From Rhodosorus marinus CCMP1338 (taxonomy: Eukaryota > Plantae > Rhodophyta): a DNA stretch of 64,000 bases. The notes under the pieces are model-generated. The model made no database searches, had not been told where the DNA came from, and saw nothing but the letters and a program-made list of their open reading frames with translations. Shown piece by piece: positions 33,595 to 45,183 of this stretch (positions are counted from its first letter, which is position 1; each line of letters begins with the position of its first letter). Both the position numbers and the translations under genes were made by a program. The stretch covers positions 1,240,001 through 1,304,000 of the forward strand of contig JAMWBK010000003.1 of the NCBI GenBank assembly GCA_029953675.1, given 5' to 3'.

Positions 33595-36357
33595 CTACCA
33601 AAGGCATGCGTGGGCTGCTGCTAGTCTGGCAGCGGGAATCCTGTAAGGGGAACATGAAACATAGTCTAGACCCATCTTGTGACAAAGAACAATGCTGGAT
33701 GGATCTCCTCCGTGCTCGCCACATATTCCGATCTGAAGTGCTGGGTTAGCTTCTCGCCCGTCGTTTGTCGCCATATGTACAAGCTTTCCAACCCCTTTCT
33801 CGTCCAGTGACTGGAAAGGATTCTTCATAAGGATATTCTTATTCACATAGTCCTGGAGAAATCTGCGCTCAGCATCGTCTCGGCTCATCCCGAAGGACAT
33901 CTGAGTAAGGTCGTTTGTACCAAACGAGAAGAAGTCTGCGCTCCGCGCAATTTCATCCGCAGTTACTGCTGCTCGTGGAGTTTCAATCATGGTTCCAATC
34001 TTGTACGAGAGATCCTTCATGTTGTTCAGTTCGAGTACCTCATCTGCATACAACTCACACTGGTGTCGGACCATCTCCAACTCCTTGCTAACGGAGATAA
34101 GCGGTATCATGATCTCGGGCAGCACGCTCATTCCCTCTCTCCGCACGTTGCAGGCTGCTCCAATGATGGCCTTGACTTGCATCTTAATAAGCTCAGGGTA
34201 GAGAATGCTTACGCGAACGCCACGAAGACCCATCATGGGATTTGACTCATGCAGGCTCTCAACTTGCGCCAGGAGCTCCCGCGTTTCCTCAAGTTGCCGG
34301 CGAAGTCCATTGCTGGATACTTCCATCTTGGCCACACTACTTACGAGCGCATCTCTATCTGGCAGGAACTCGTGCAGAGGTGGATCCAAAAGTCGAATGA
34401 TCACGGGAAAACCGCTCATCGCCCGATAGATAGCTTCAAAGTCCGCAGTCTGAATTGGAAGGAGATCATCCAACGCAGCCGCTCTCTGCTTGGTGTCCTG
34501 CGATAGAATGAACTTGCGCATAAGAGGTAGTCGTTCGCTACCGAAAAACATGTGTTCCGTTCTGCACAAGCCAATCCCAACTGCTCCAAACGCTCTAGCC
34601 TTGGCAGAGTCCACACCGCTGTCACCGTTACTGAAAACTTTTAGGCCGCGCATCTTCTTGTTGTTGCGAGTGTAGTTCTCCGCAGCAATCTCGTCGCTCC
34701 AATCCAGTATCATCTGTAAGTCCTCCTCATGCTCAAAGTTGGCATCGACAGTCGATATCGGCCCTTGGAACACCTCCCCAACGGACGCATTAAGTGAAAT
34801 CACGTCACCCTCGTGTACAACAGTGCCTTGAGCAGTTGTAAAGCATCTCTTCTCCGTGTCAATGACGATGGTGGACGCAGAGCAAATACAAGGAATTCCA
34901 AACTGCCTCGCCACTACCGCGGCATGTGATGTAGCGCCACCCTCTGCCGTGAGTACGCCCTTCGAAGCGAAGAATCCAGGCACATCGTCAGGTTTCGTAA
35001 ACTGGCGTACCAAGATCACGTCCTTTCCCTGACTGTGAAGTTCCTCCGCCGTCTTTGAATCGAGTGCAACTTGTCCCACTGCCCCGCCAGGGCTTGCATT
35101 CACTCCGCTCGCAAGCATAAGCGATTTCCTTCTTGCCTCTTCCATTTCCCTCTCGTCGAGTTGGGGCATAAGCAAGACATCCACATCTCCAGTCTGGACA
35201 CGCTTGACAGCCTCCTCTTTGCTGATCAATCCCTCCCGTACCATGTCCTTCGCAATTCTGACTTGGGCTCGAGCAGTTCTTTTGCCATCACGAGTCTGCA
35301 ACATGAAAAGTTTGCCCTCCTGGACAGTGAACTCTATATCCTGCATGTTTCTGAAGACCTGCTCGAGATTATTACCCACGCGGAGCAATTCCTCGTAAGC
35401 CTGCGCAAACCGGCCTTTAAGCTCATGTACGTTGAAGCACGAGCGAATTCCAGCGACAACATCCTCGCCCTGAGCATTGGGAAGAAAATCTCCAAACATT
35501 CTGTTCTCCCCCGTAGTAGGGTTCCGAGTGAAGGCAACGCCCGTGCAGCTTGTGTCGCCCATGTTGCCAAAGACCATGGATTGAATGTTACATGCAGTGC
35601 CGAGCTCGTGCGGAATGCCCGTTGCGTTCCTATACGCGCGTGCCCTCTCGCTGTTCCAAGAGGAGAACACTGCTGTGATGGCCATCTTCATCTGTACCAA
35701 AGGGTTCTGCGGCAGATCTGATCCAGTTTGCTCTTTCAGAATTGTCCGATAAATTGAAACGATCGCCTTCCAATCATCCACTGTCATGTCGAGGTCTGAC
35801 TCGTACCCAGCCTTTGCCTTGTAGGTCTTTAGTTGTTCTTCGAACAGGTCATCGGCCACACCCATGACAATTGCCCCAAAGCCCTGGATAAGCCTCCTAT
35901 AGGAATCGTACGCGAATCTAGGATTCGTCGCCTTTGCCAGAGACACAACGTTCGCATCGGTTAATCCGGTATTCAGTAGAGTATCCATCATTCCTGGCAT
36001 TGAAAACTTTGCTCCTGATCGACAGGACACCAGCAGAGGATCGACGTCTGCTCCGAACTTCTTCCCCATCCTAGTCTCCACCTTCCGCAGAGCATCCAGG
36101 ACACTGGTCCATACCTGTTCGGAGATGGAGTCCTGCTTCAAATAATCAAGGCATGCCTCTGTCGTAACGGTAAAACCGTAAGGGACCGGCAGGCCCTCAG
36201 AAGCCATTTTCCCCAGGTTTGCTCCTTTTCCTCCGAGCAATTCGCGCACGGCATCCCAGGAACCTCCAACGTTTCTTTCGGCACGCGCTACGTCATCGAA
36301 GAGGTAGACGTACCGATCATTGTTCAAACTTTTCTCATCCATTTCTGCTGATCGCAT
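33595..36357 (-). CDS. PPDK: Pyruvate, phosphate dikinase (intronless, no obvious transit peptide)
   Basis: LGGKGANL, SGAKFSMPGMMDT, GEDVVAGIR, DIEFT, GGATSHAAVVAR (regulatory Thr and catalytic His), GIGLCRTEHMF, FSFGTNDLTQ and CGEHGG. 920 aa. Confidence 0.98.
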   Translation of the reverse strand: MRSAEMDEKSLNNDRYVYLFDDVARAERNVGGSWDAVRELLGGKGANLGKMASEGLPVPYGFTVTTEACLDYLKQDSISEQVWTSVLDALRKVETRMGKKFGADVDPLLVSCRSGAKFSMPGMMDTLLNTGLTDANVVSLAKATNPRFAYDSYRRLIQGFGAIVMGVADDLFEEQLKTYKAKAGYESDLDMTVDDWKAIVSIYRTILKEQTGSDLPQNPLVQMKMAITAVFSSWNSERARAYRNATGIPHELGTACNIQSMVFGNMGDTSCTGVAFTRNPTTGENRMFGDFLPNAQGEDVVAGIRSCFNVHELKGRFAQAYEELLRVGNNLEQVFRNMQDIEFTVQEGKLFMLQTRDGKRTARAQVRIAKDMVREGLISKEEAVKRVQTGDVDVLLMPQLDEREMEEARRKSLMLASGVNASPGGAVGQVALDSKTAEELHSQGKDVILVRQFTKPDDVPGFFASKGVLTAEGGATSHAAVVARQFGIPCICSASTIVIDTEKRCFTTAQGTVVHEGDVISLNASVGEVFQGPISTVDANFEHEEDLQMILDWSDEIAAENYTRNNKKMRGLKVFSNGDSGVDSAKARAFGAVGIGLCRTEHMFFGSERLPLMRKFILSQDTKQRAAALDDLLPIQTADFEAIYRAMSGFPVIIRLLDPPLHEFLPDRDALVSSVAKMEVSSNGLRRQLEETRELLAQVESLHESNPMMGLRGVRVSILYPELIKMQVKAIIGAACNVRREGMSVLPEIMIPLISVSKELEMVRHQCELYADEVLELNNMKDLSYKIGTMIETPRAAVTADEIARSADFFSFGTNDLTQMSFGMSRDDAERRFLQDYVNKNILMKNPFQSLDEKGVGKLVHMATNDGREANPALQIGICGEHGGDPSSIVLCHKMGLDYVSCSPYRIPAARLAAAHACLW

Positions 36358-38305
36358 AACTATGTCTCTTCATTCATCCCCACCATCAGCTGGCGCCATT
36401 GTCTGTGCTCGGCATTGCGGACCTTTTTATACTATTCCATTCTGTGCGGAGCGGAAAAACCGGTCCTACCGTCTGGCGTATTCAAAATGTAAGATAAATG
36501 CATTGCAAACCGGACATTCAGGCTCAGCAATACCCTAAGAAAACCCCACCACGAGCCCCCAGAAAGCGGCAACTCTTTCAGCTCCCAACGGATGAATTTT
36601 CTATGAATCACTTGGTGGAAAAAAAAAGTAGGGTTGTTCACTCAATCGAGCCCTCAAGATGGTCCCAAATGGTTCTTTGGAAATCTCAGATGGCTTCCAC
36701 GGCCATTGGTTCACATTCGGTATCCAAACTAACCAATGGAGTTAGCTCCGGGTAAATATTTCCAAAATGAAGGTATTTATTTTCATTTAAAAACGTACTT
36801 TTTGCAAAATATAGCAAAATTTCTGCCAATAACTTGTAAAATATTATTGATAATATCTTGATTTTGGAGATACATCTTTTCTTTTTGTGAGCAGAAAGCC
36901 ATGCTTGCTATTTTTCATCCTTTTTTTCAAAGCGGTGGTCACCTCTTCCTCTTCTTTTTTGTTTTGTTTTTTAAACCTTTTGGTGCTAGACAGGGGGGGG
37001 CTGGGGATGGGCCTACGGACGGCTTTACTCCGTTTTCGAGTACACTATGCCCGCTTTTTGGTAGGGATGAAGTACGCCCAGAGTTGAGAGAATGTTCTAG
37101 CGGTGGATTCTCATTCAGTGGGGGGATGGAAGTTTAGATTTGCTGCAGCGTATCCTCTTGACTGGGGAGAGCGCTTTTCCTTTTTTTCTTTTGTACAGCT
37201 TTGAAATACGGACTGAATTCAGCCATTGATCGATAGCCGCGTATGTAGGGTTCAAGTTTGTGAATGGTGCAGGCAGACCTGTGAGTTAATGATTCCCATC
37301 TGAGATTGCGCATTACAGGTTGATGCAGCGCACCAGCCTGCATCGAACGCTTGCCGACCTGTAGCTTGAACGCCGAGGAACTAGCGGTTTATTGTCCCCC
37401 TGTTGCACTCTAGCGGGCTTGACAGCTGTTGCCCTCGGGTTTCGCAAGAGACCCATCAGGGGTTCCCAAGTCCCTGTGGAAGCCCTGTGGAAGGAGGCTG
37501 CAGTGCGGCTTTCGCATCAGGGTTCGATGGCCGCTTGGCGTGGGGATATCTACATGGTCAACACCTCTCCGGTTTGCAGTTATTCCTGTTGACCAAACCT
37601 CTGTATTGCTCCTAGTTTTTTACTTGGCTCGGAATCCGCAGATTTTAATCGAAACGCGTTCTTACTCAGCGTTCCAGTTCTGTGATTGGTTTGAAGTTAT
37701 CGAGTTTCGCAAAATTTAGGTAAAATCTAGAATGATGAACAAATGCGTACGAAAGATGTAATTTTTTTTTGGAAGAAAATGATTTGCTGAGCAGGCGGAG
37801 TGTGGCTGGCAGGTGACCTGCTCTCAGGTGGCCCACCTGCTTCCTAAGCCTGGCTGGTTGAGATTTTGTCGTTGCTCACTCTTCACGCGACATAAAGAAA
37901 AACGCAGTTTCTTAGCTTGTGGAGTGGGTATGTTGCTCAGCTGTTCGAGAACAAGTTGATGCCGTGCTGGACTCTAGAACTAGAGTACTTCCCCGGATTG
38001 TGTGAAAGTTCCTGTTGACTGAGGTTGATGTCGTGGCAGGGGACTTCTATAAGGTTGGTTGGGGAGATCTACATTGATCCAGCTGATTACTTCTTCTGCG
38101 CTTCCAGCGTAATCTTTGGCCTTCTTCCCTGTTGTCCACCAAGCAGAGGAAACGGCAGATCGTTCTCACGTTTCAACTTGTCGGTCCCGCTGCGGACGGA
38201 ACGAGGATTACCAAAAAAAATTTCGTTTGTTTGTACAAAACGTAATGGGAACTGTACACCCCCACACGCTGTTTAGTCTGATTGCGTAATAGATACGGAA
38301 CATAA

Positions 38306-39536
38306 TTATTGAGCTAGTCCACTGAATCTCCTCAATTGCTCCTCCTGGCTTTCCACATCTTCTGCTTCCTCTTCGGCTTCCTCTTCGGCTTCTTCGCCGG
38401 CTTCGACTTCCTCCTCGTCGAGCTCTGCTTCGCCATTGTCCGTTTTCATTTCCGCTTCCCCGTCAAACTCTGGAGGTGTGGTTGGATCTGGCGAAAAGAG
38501 GTCCCCGACAGGGATTCGCTCCACATGTTCATGTTGCAGGGCCGATTTCGAAGGGAAGAGACAGATTTTCCTGTCAGATGTAACGATGTTGCCATGAACT
38601 CTCCACAAGCTGTCCGCATTGTTATCTGCAGTTCCCACTAACGCCATAGATACAGCAGAGGTGAAGTCCTGGGTAGACAGCAACGGCTTCTCCTCTGGTT
38701 GGTCCTCCTCAAGACGCATTTTCGCCAGTTTCATCATTTCCTCGTATACTCTTGTAATAACCTGCTCGGAAAAACAACAAGGAAGACACAACAAGATGCT
38801 TAGAGTCCCTATCGAATTCGGAGATACAGAGAATAATCACAACAGTTCGAGCGCCCAAAAAGAATCAGGAAGTTCTCACCCTATGGCCTGGAGCAGATGC
38901 GAGCACAACCATGGACAAGTTGTCATAGTCCTCGTAACCGCAAGCAAAATTACACTCCACTGGAATCCATTCTTCGATTGGACTCTTCGGCATAATGTTA
39001 ATATCACTGAACACTCCTCCGTGGTAATACAGGACAGTCACTTTCAGGAACAGCTCGCGCTCCTCAATCGACGTCAGTGCGTCGTACACGAGCAAGTCAT
39101 CATCCGACATGTCCTTCTCGATCATGTCCCTAGCTGCATTGAAGTCCAAAATTCGAAATTGCCATGCGGCGTTCATTGATTTCCATGCTACCACCGCGTC
39201 CAGGACCTTCGGAATCTCGAACGGATTCCTGCTGTTATTGGCCAGGAAACTCTCCCAAATCATTGTGGGCATGTCACCGTGCATAAAAGCCTTCCCTGGT
39301 CGCCTTTGCGCTTGTCCGAAACTCGTCAGAACCTTTGTTGCTGGCGACAGCATCAGGAAGATTAGCAGCACCGAAAAAACTGCGAAAAGCCAAAGGGCGT
39401 GCTCCAATCTCGACTGACTCGACGTGCGCTTCTTTCCGAAGGGTGGTATAGCCCCATTCAGAACGCCACGCTTTCGCTCCGGAAGCATACCCTCCTCTTC
39501 TACAACATGGGCTTCTCTCCTTTCCGGTTTCGACAT
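38306..39536 (-). CDS. Type II membrane GT32 (DXD sugar-binding/OCH1-like) glycosyltransferase-like protein with an acidic tail; exons 39536-38880 and 38761-38306
   Basis: N-terminal TM (ALWLFAVFSVLLIFLML), then PTMIWES, WKSMNAAWQF, VLYYHGGVFSDINI and LASAPGH. Phase-0 intron of 118 nt. Confidence 0.78.
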
Positions 39537-42500
39537 CTCCACTTAACCGCAATCGAACTATAGTCGAACCACGGTCGACTCGCTATCAAGCGACTGTCTT
39601 CGCTTTACACCTCCAAGTCCCACCTTCTACGCTCAGCAGGGATTCAATCTTCCCAAGCATTCACACAAACAAAACAACACCAACGCTCACGTCACAATGG
39701 CAGGCTTCTGAAAAACCTCACCTTCGCGATTCATAAAAAACCACCATTAGCTTTTCGACAAAATCGAATTCCTCTTAAATACCAACAGCAGCTCAGACCT
39801 CGGAACGCTCAAGCAGCAGACCTCGCATTCGAAAATGGCCAGACATGGAAATCTTTTCCGCCCCCCTAGAGTCCTAGCGATAGTAGCGATGGGAGACTAG
39901 TCACAACGTCACGCGGAGGTCCTAGGTTTCACGCTTTTCTGGTGAGGTCGATGGGGCACCGCAGGTATCATGAATCGCTATTCAGCGACCAAAACCTTAA
40001 ACACGTGGTTTTTCAAACCTGCACTCTATGAATATATCCAAAAAACGAACCAAGCAAAAAATGACAAATGGCCACGCAAAATATATATATAACGACTGAA
40101 CTTCAGTCATTGTAATTGGGACAGGTGTATGGTCTTCACGTATTGAGATAACGGTATGTGTATTGATTTCGATATTGGGATGCGATGTGTTCCCCACAGC
40201 TATGGATGGAAGCCCCGAGCACCAGGGACGCGTATGTACGCAGCAACGCAAATAAACCTCAATCGACGGTTTTGAGTTGATTCAGAAGCTCCTTGAAGAG
40301 GAAGATCGGCGCGCTAGTAGGTAAAGGCCATTTACTTCGGTGTCCATCATGATGCTTTCTCGTACATTTTTCGTTTGCCCGCCCCAGCATACCACAGCCA
40401 GTCAGTCTTGGCCTTACCAAACGGAGGACTTACCATAAAGCAGCTCGTGAAGTACGAATGCAGGGTTCATGAATTTTAAAGTCCTGTTTTGCATGTCGCC
40501 TCGATGAGCGTTAGGAACTCATAGGTACATTTTCGAAATGGACATCTCACCGAGCCCTAGCCTTGGCTGCCGATATGCGTTCCGCTGGGTTAACCTTCCA
40601 AACTCACCAGTGAAACACTGCTCTCATTTCAGTTCCGTTTTTGGTTTATCTACCCCGACCACTTGAATTCGAAGTAGAGGCAATAATATATATGTCCCGA
40701 AGGAAAGCGTATACCACACTACTGAGAACACTGAAAATGCAAATGTTGATTCGAGTAGGCCATGGACCAGAGGGCGACGAGAAAGGCTCAGAAAGTAGTC
40801 AGTGTGAAACAGTCTACTGTTGCACATCACAGTCGGATTTCCAAAGATGCGAACCCACGGAAGTCCCGCTTTCACTCTTTGGCTCGCTTTCTGACACTTG
40901 CGTGTTTGCTTGGACCCTGCATCATGACAAGTCAACGAACAGGTCGCCAGCCCATTTTCAAGTGTTTCTTTTACGGAAACCACTCAGGATTTGCTTGCTT
41001 GTTTGCCATCGTAACCATGACACATGACCGGTGTTGGGTTTACACATTCTAAGAACGAGCCGAACGGATTTTTTTGGGAGAATCGGAATTCGAACAATGA
41101 TAATATCAGTTTTTTAAAGGTCGGCCAAACGGCAAATAAGCGCGCGTCCTCAAACTCGATGTATCAATGAACTTTATCAAATTGGGAGCGGCGGCCATCT
41201 CTTGTTCATCCTTCTCGTGTGGGACTCATATAACTTGGAAAGCTGAAAAGCGTTTTCAAAAAAGGGCCAGCCGCCACGCGCCCAGTCCCTTCTCCGGTTG
41301 AATCTCTCGACGAGGGCTTTCATAAAACGTCCAATAAAAGAGCAAGTCCTCAAAACCAATGGAAAAGTGGAACACAAACAATGGGGCTCATCCTGACGAA
41401 ACTCTTTCAAAAAAAATAAATTCTGCAGTGGTTTGCTATCGTACAGATTTTTTTTCAAAGTTTTTCATTCAAAAACCTGAAATTACTTCGTTTATTCCAT
41501 ATTATGTGTACTACTACGGATGCTCGTACTAACCTTTTTATCGGATGAAATGTGACAGCCGTGGCTTGAACCGGGCAAACTGGGTGTTGACAATCTATCT
41601 ATTTCGGGCAATTTTGACCGCTGACACTATATATACTTTTTAGCGGCCCTCTCTTATTTGTTTTGAAAAAAGGAGGTCCAGTCTATCAAGGGAAATGGGA
41701 TGGGTAGAGACTCTATTCAACTATTCAACCTTTCTTTTTCTTTGAGAATATGGCGATAATTGAGTTCATGGGATTGGTTTATCATCAAAAAGATGTTTTC
41801 TTCAAGAATATGGGACGTAGGTTGGGGAACGGGCAATACTGATGTAATTCGGGACTGCAGTTCAGTGACGGCGTTTGCCCACGTACAGGCTCGCAAATCT
41901 CCTCGGAACAGGGTTGGAATTGAGGATTTCTCTTCGTTTCTGGTTGTACACGATGAGGGCCCCACGAAGGCGCCGTACATTCAGCACCGCGCCCTCAAAT
42001 GCACATGCATAAATATACATGCACAGTCAAGCAGTAGAGTTCGTTCGCCTTCCGGGAGAGCGCCCATGGTAGTTGATGAACCAAGGCGATCAGGTTAGGA
42101 GGCGGGGATGTGGATATACTAGAATGTATGATCGTGTGAAGGGTTATGAAGACACTGTTTGCTTTCTTCCGTCCATGAGCAAGTACGAGTCGTCGTTGAC
42201 AAGGTACTCCGAGGACTGGAATAGCTTCGAGGAAAATGACGATGACTACTTTCGTATTCCTCCTCCCGTACCCCGGAGGCGAAAGGTTGTTGAAGAGGTA
42301 TGCAGAGCCTTTTCAGGTTGGTCTGGGGCTCTGCGTATAGGCAGGGCGGTGGTAACACCCCGTCAACAACGGGACTCACAACGTGGCAAATGCTGCAGTT
42401 GTGAAAGCAAGAGAGGCTAGCATGTTCTGCGAGAGCATTCGAGGAAATGGACAACACATGCGCTCACGGCAAAGCCGGAGGGCTGGCAGCGCGTAAGCCC

Positions 42501-43025
42501 TACCAACGGTAGGTGTACAGATCGACGTTTGAAGCAAATGCAAATGATATAGCTTCTGGCAGAGCAGTTTCCGATAAGCTCTGGGTATGATGGTAGAAAC
42601 GTGAACACAACTGACGTATTGTTTAATAAAATTGGGCCCATCAGGGCATTACCCTCAACATCGACAACGCGGGGACCATCCGCTCCCTCGTGTTCTCGCG
42701 GTCTCCACTCGGAAGTATTTTCATCTCTGTAGCGTTCTCGGTAATGATTCTCAAGATGTCAGACAATCAAACGGGTTTTATGGAACTTCCACCAACTGCA
42801 AACTCTACATAGGTTCTAGTTGGCAATCAAAAGACTACTCAGATTGTGCCTTTCGGTTCAATATTGTACAAGGCGCGGGTCATACGATAGATTGCACATC
42901 TACCCATTGGAGATGCTCCTAAATAATGCAAGTCCGAAGAGTCCGAAGCAGGCTGCAACGTTCCCGTTGACCATCGCATCCAAAGAGCAATCACGATATT
43001 GAATAAGTCGAACGGAGGAGACGAT

Positions 43026-43832
43026 CTACCGCCTTCTAAAAAGACCTCCGCTCTTCTTCGTACTTCCACCTGACGTTTTAGACTTTGAAGAGCCTTTCGC
43101 TGACCCAGCGGCTGACCCTGTCGCTGAACCAGTTGTTGAACCTGCGGTCAAAGGAAAAAGGCCATTTCGAATTTTGTGAGCTGTGACCTCCAGGGGCGCG
43201 CGGCGTGCCCAGTCCCATTTTCGGTTGATTCTCGGTGCTCAGTCCATACCAGTGTCAGAGGCTCTGCTCGCAGCCCGCGAGGTTTTCGAGAGCGGAATCG
43301 ATCCTGCCGGCGGGTCCGCAATTGTCTTCTGGGACTCGATTCGCGGCTCCGGCAGAACGACCCTAACATTGTTAAGGCTCGTTTCGTCTATCCCTATCGT
43401 GGGGTGCCGGTTGCTGTGTTTCCATTCGCCATCAACAATAAACTTAAACTCATGAGCACCTGGAGGCACTGGAGTGACTACAGACCACATTCCACCTGCA
43501 AGCAAACGAACAAGGGGGAGCGTTCCGCGTGATGAGACGTCACATGCCTCATTGCACGCTAATAGAGGCCTTCTAAGCGTGAGTGAACTAACCTCCTTCG
43601 TGAAACATTTGGATCGCTCTCCAATCAGTCCAGTCTCCCGACAGTTGAACATCGTCTCGGGCCCCATCGCAATATACAAATTCGACTTTGACCCCATCCT
43701 CCCTGTGGTTCGAAGAGTTCCGGAAATGGTTCAGGGAATGGCTAATCTTAGTCAAAAGCACATTTTCAAAACCCGCCTTTTGACCACAATTCTGCTTTAC
43801 CTTCGGCCTTTCGTAGGTTGTGGCTTGAACAT
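43026..43832 (-). CDS. Small stand-alone CBM48 protein (167 aa); exons 43832-43801, 43702-43593, 43495-43250, 43141-43026
   Basis: VEFVYCDGARDDVQLSGDWTDW...MWSVVTPVPPGAHEFKFIVDGEW. Exons sum to 504 nt in frame. G/S/T-rich tail ending KKSGGLFRRR*. Confidence 0.82.
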
Positions 43833-44593
43833 TGCTCAGATTTTAAGTCTCCACGCACCCCAACAAGTCTCGATTCAATCGCTCCGCTCCTGTGACAGAA
43901 GCGGTCACACTCCGTCGACCAACACGTCCGAGCCTCCAAATGACCTCCTCAACCCAGCAGACGTAGCTTAACCAGCTATAACCCTACAGGCCGGTCGAAA
44001 AAAGTCGGACACCAGTGAACTGAGCCCATACATCAAAACAGTGAAACTTCGCTTTGGGCGCTTCGGGCCCCCCACTACCTCCACCTCCACTCTTCTCGTA
44101 AGGCCATTTTAAATGGACTTCAAGAGCGGGTCAGTGAAGGGGTGGGGTTGATTCGGCTGTGAATGAACTCTTCACTAAAATTTGAAATTAATAAAACGGG
44201 AACAGGTTGAGGTACATCACTCCTAACCCCTCGACTCTTTTGTGGAACCCTAAATTTCGAACCAACGATCTTTTTTGCCTGGGGACTTGTGAGGGTGGCT
44301 GTGGCTCTTCTGAGCCTTCCCCCCGTTCTAGTTTAGAAGCTTGACTGTGAAATAAGACAAATAAGACGATACTTGAGTTTCTAAAGTTTTGGAACAGGTT
44401 CGGTGGGCTATTTCTTCCTATTTAGTTGTTTTTAATTGAGGAACTGAATGGCGGGGCTGCAATATGGGCTCTTGTGCTCGTCGTGGATAACTTTATCAGC
44501 GCTCTTTGCCGATATAAAATCGTCCTTGGCACAAGGTCTCTCATCCTGGGCTTCCATTTCCATTTTTCTGACCGACGAGGAGTGGAGCAAGAT

Positions 44594-44775
44594 TAGCCAC
44601 AGCACATGCGATCCCTGCCGACTTCAAATGACCTGTCGCCGAAGCATGTCCTAGAGCAGAATCGGCGTGTCGTCGGCAAGGTTTCTCATTCAGCGCTCCC
44701 ATTTCTACTTTGCTTACGGACGAGTAGACTACGACTAGCCACAGCGCATGCGATCCCTGCAGACTTAAAGTGATT
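44594..44775. repeat. Two ~40-bp direct repeats spaced 142 bp
   Basis: tagccacagc(a/g)catgcgatccctgc(c/a)gactt(c/a)aa(a/g)tga at 44594 and 44736. Confidence 0.85.
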
Positions 44776-45183
44776 TCTCACTGCAGCATAGAGCAGCCTC
44801 AGGGTGGCTCGCCGGAATGTGTATCAGCGTCCTGTAATTCTAGGCGAAACTAATCTGTGCAAATCAGCAAACCTGTTGATCTCGAACTTGGCGAAGGGTT
44901 GCCTGTCTCAGCATGAGCAGGGGCTCAATGACAACCCCGTCGCCAGCGCTGTTGCAAAGCAGTGAAGGGTTCCTTTCACCAGGGGGCTCCAACAGCTGCA
45001 AGCCCGCCGTGCAGAAGCACATTCTTCTCTGCGAGAAAGGCTTTCCAAAGATTGGCTCGTTTGGATTGTTGAGATAAGGCCATAGAGTTCTGGGCAAGTT
45101 GACGAGCTGCTGGAGGGAACGTGGAATCCAAATGCGTTTGGACTGCAGACCTGATAGCCTTGTCGGAAGTTTAGGATGTAGCA

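Noticed and set aside
37732-37792. C/D-box snoRNA (ATGATGA ... CTGA)
   Set aside because: No terminal stem or recognisable rRNA guide; such boxes occur by chance.
40250-42620. Short ORFs between the GT32-like and CBM48 genes (e.g. 42073-42420)
   Set aside because: Some may be real small exons, but I could not build a consistent model or recognise a domain.
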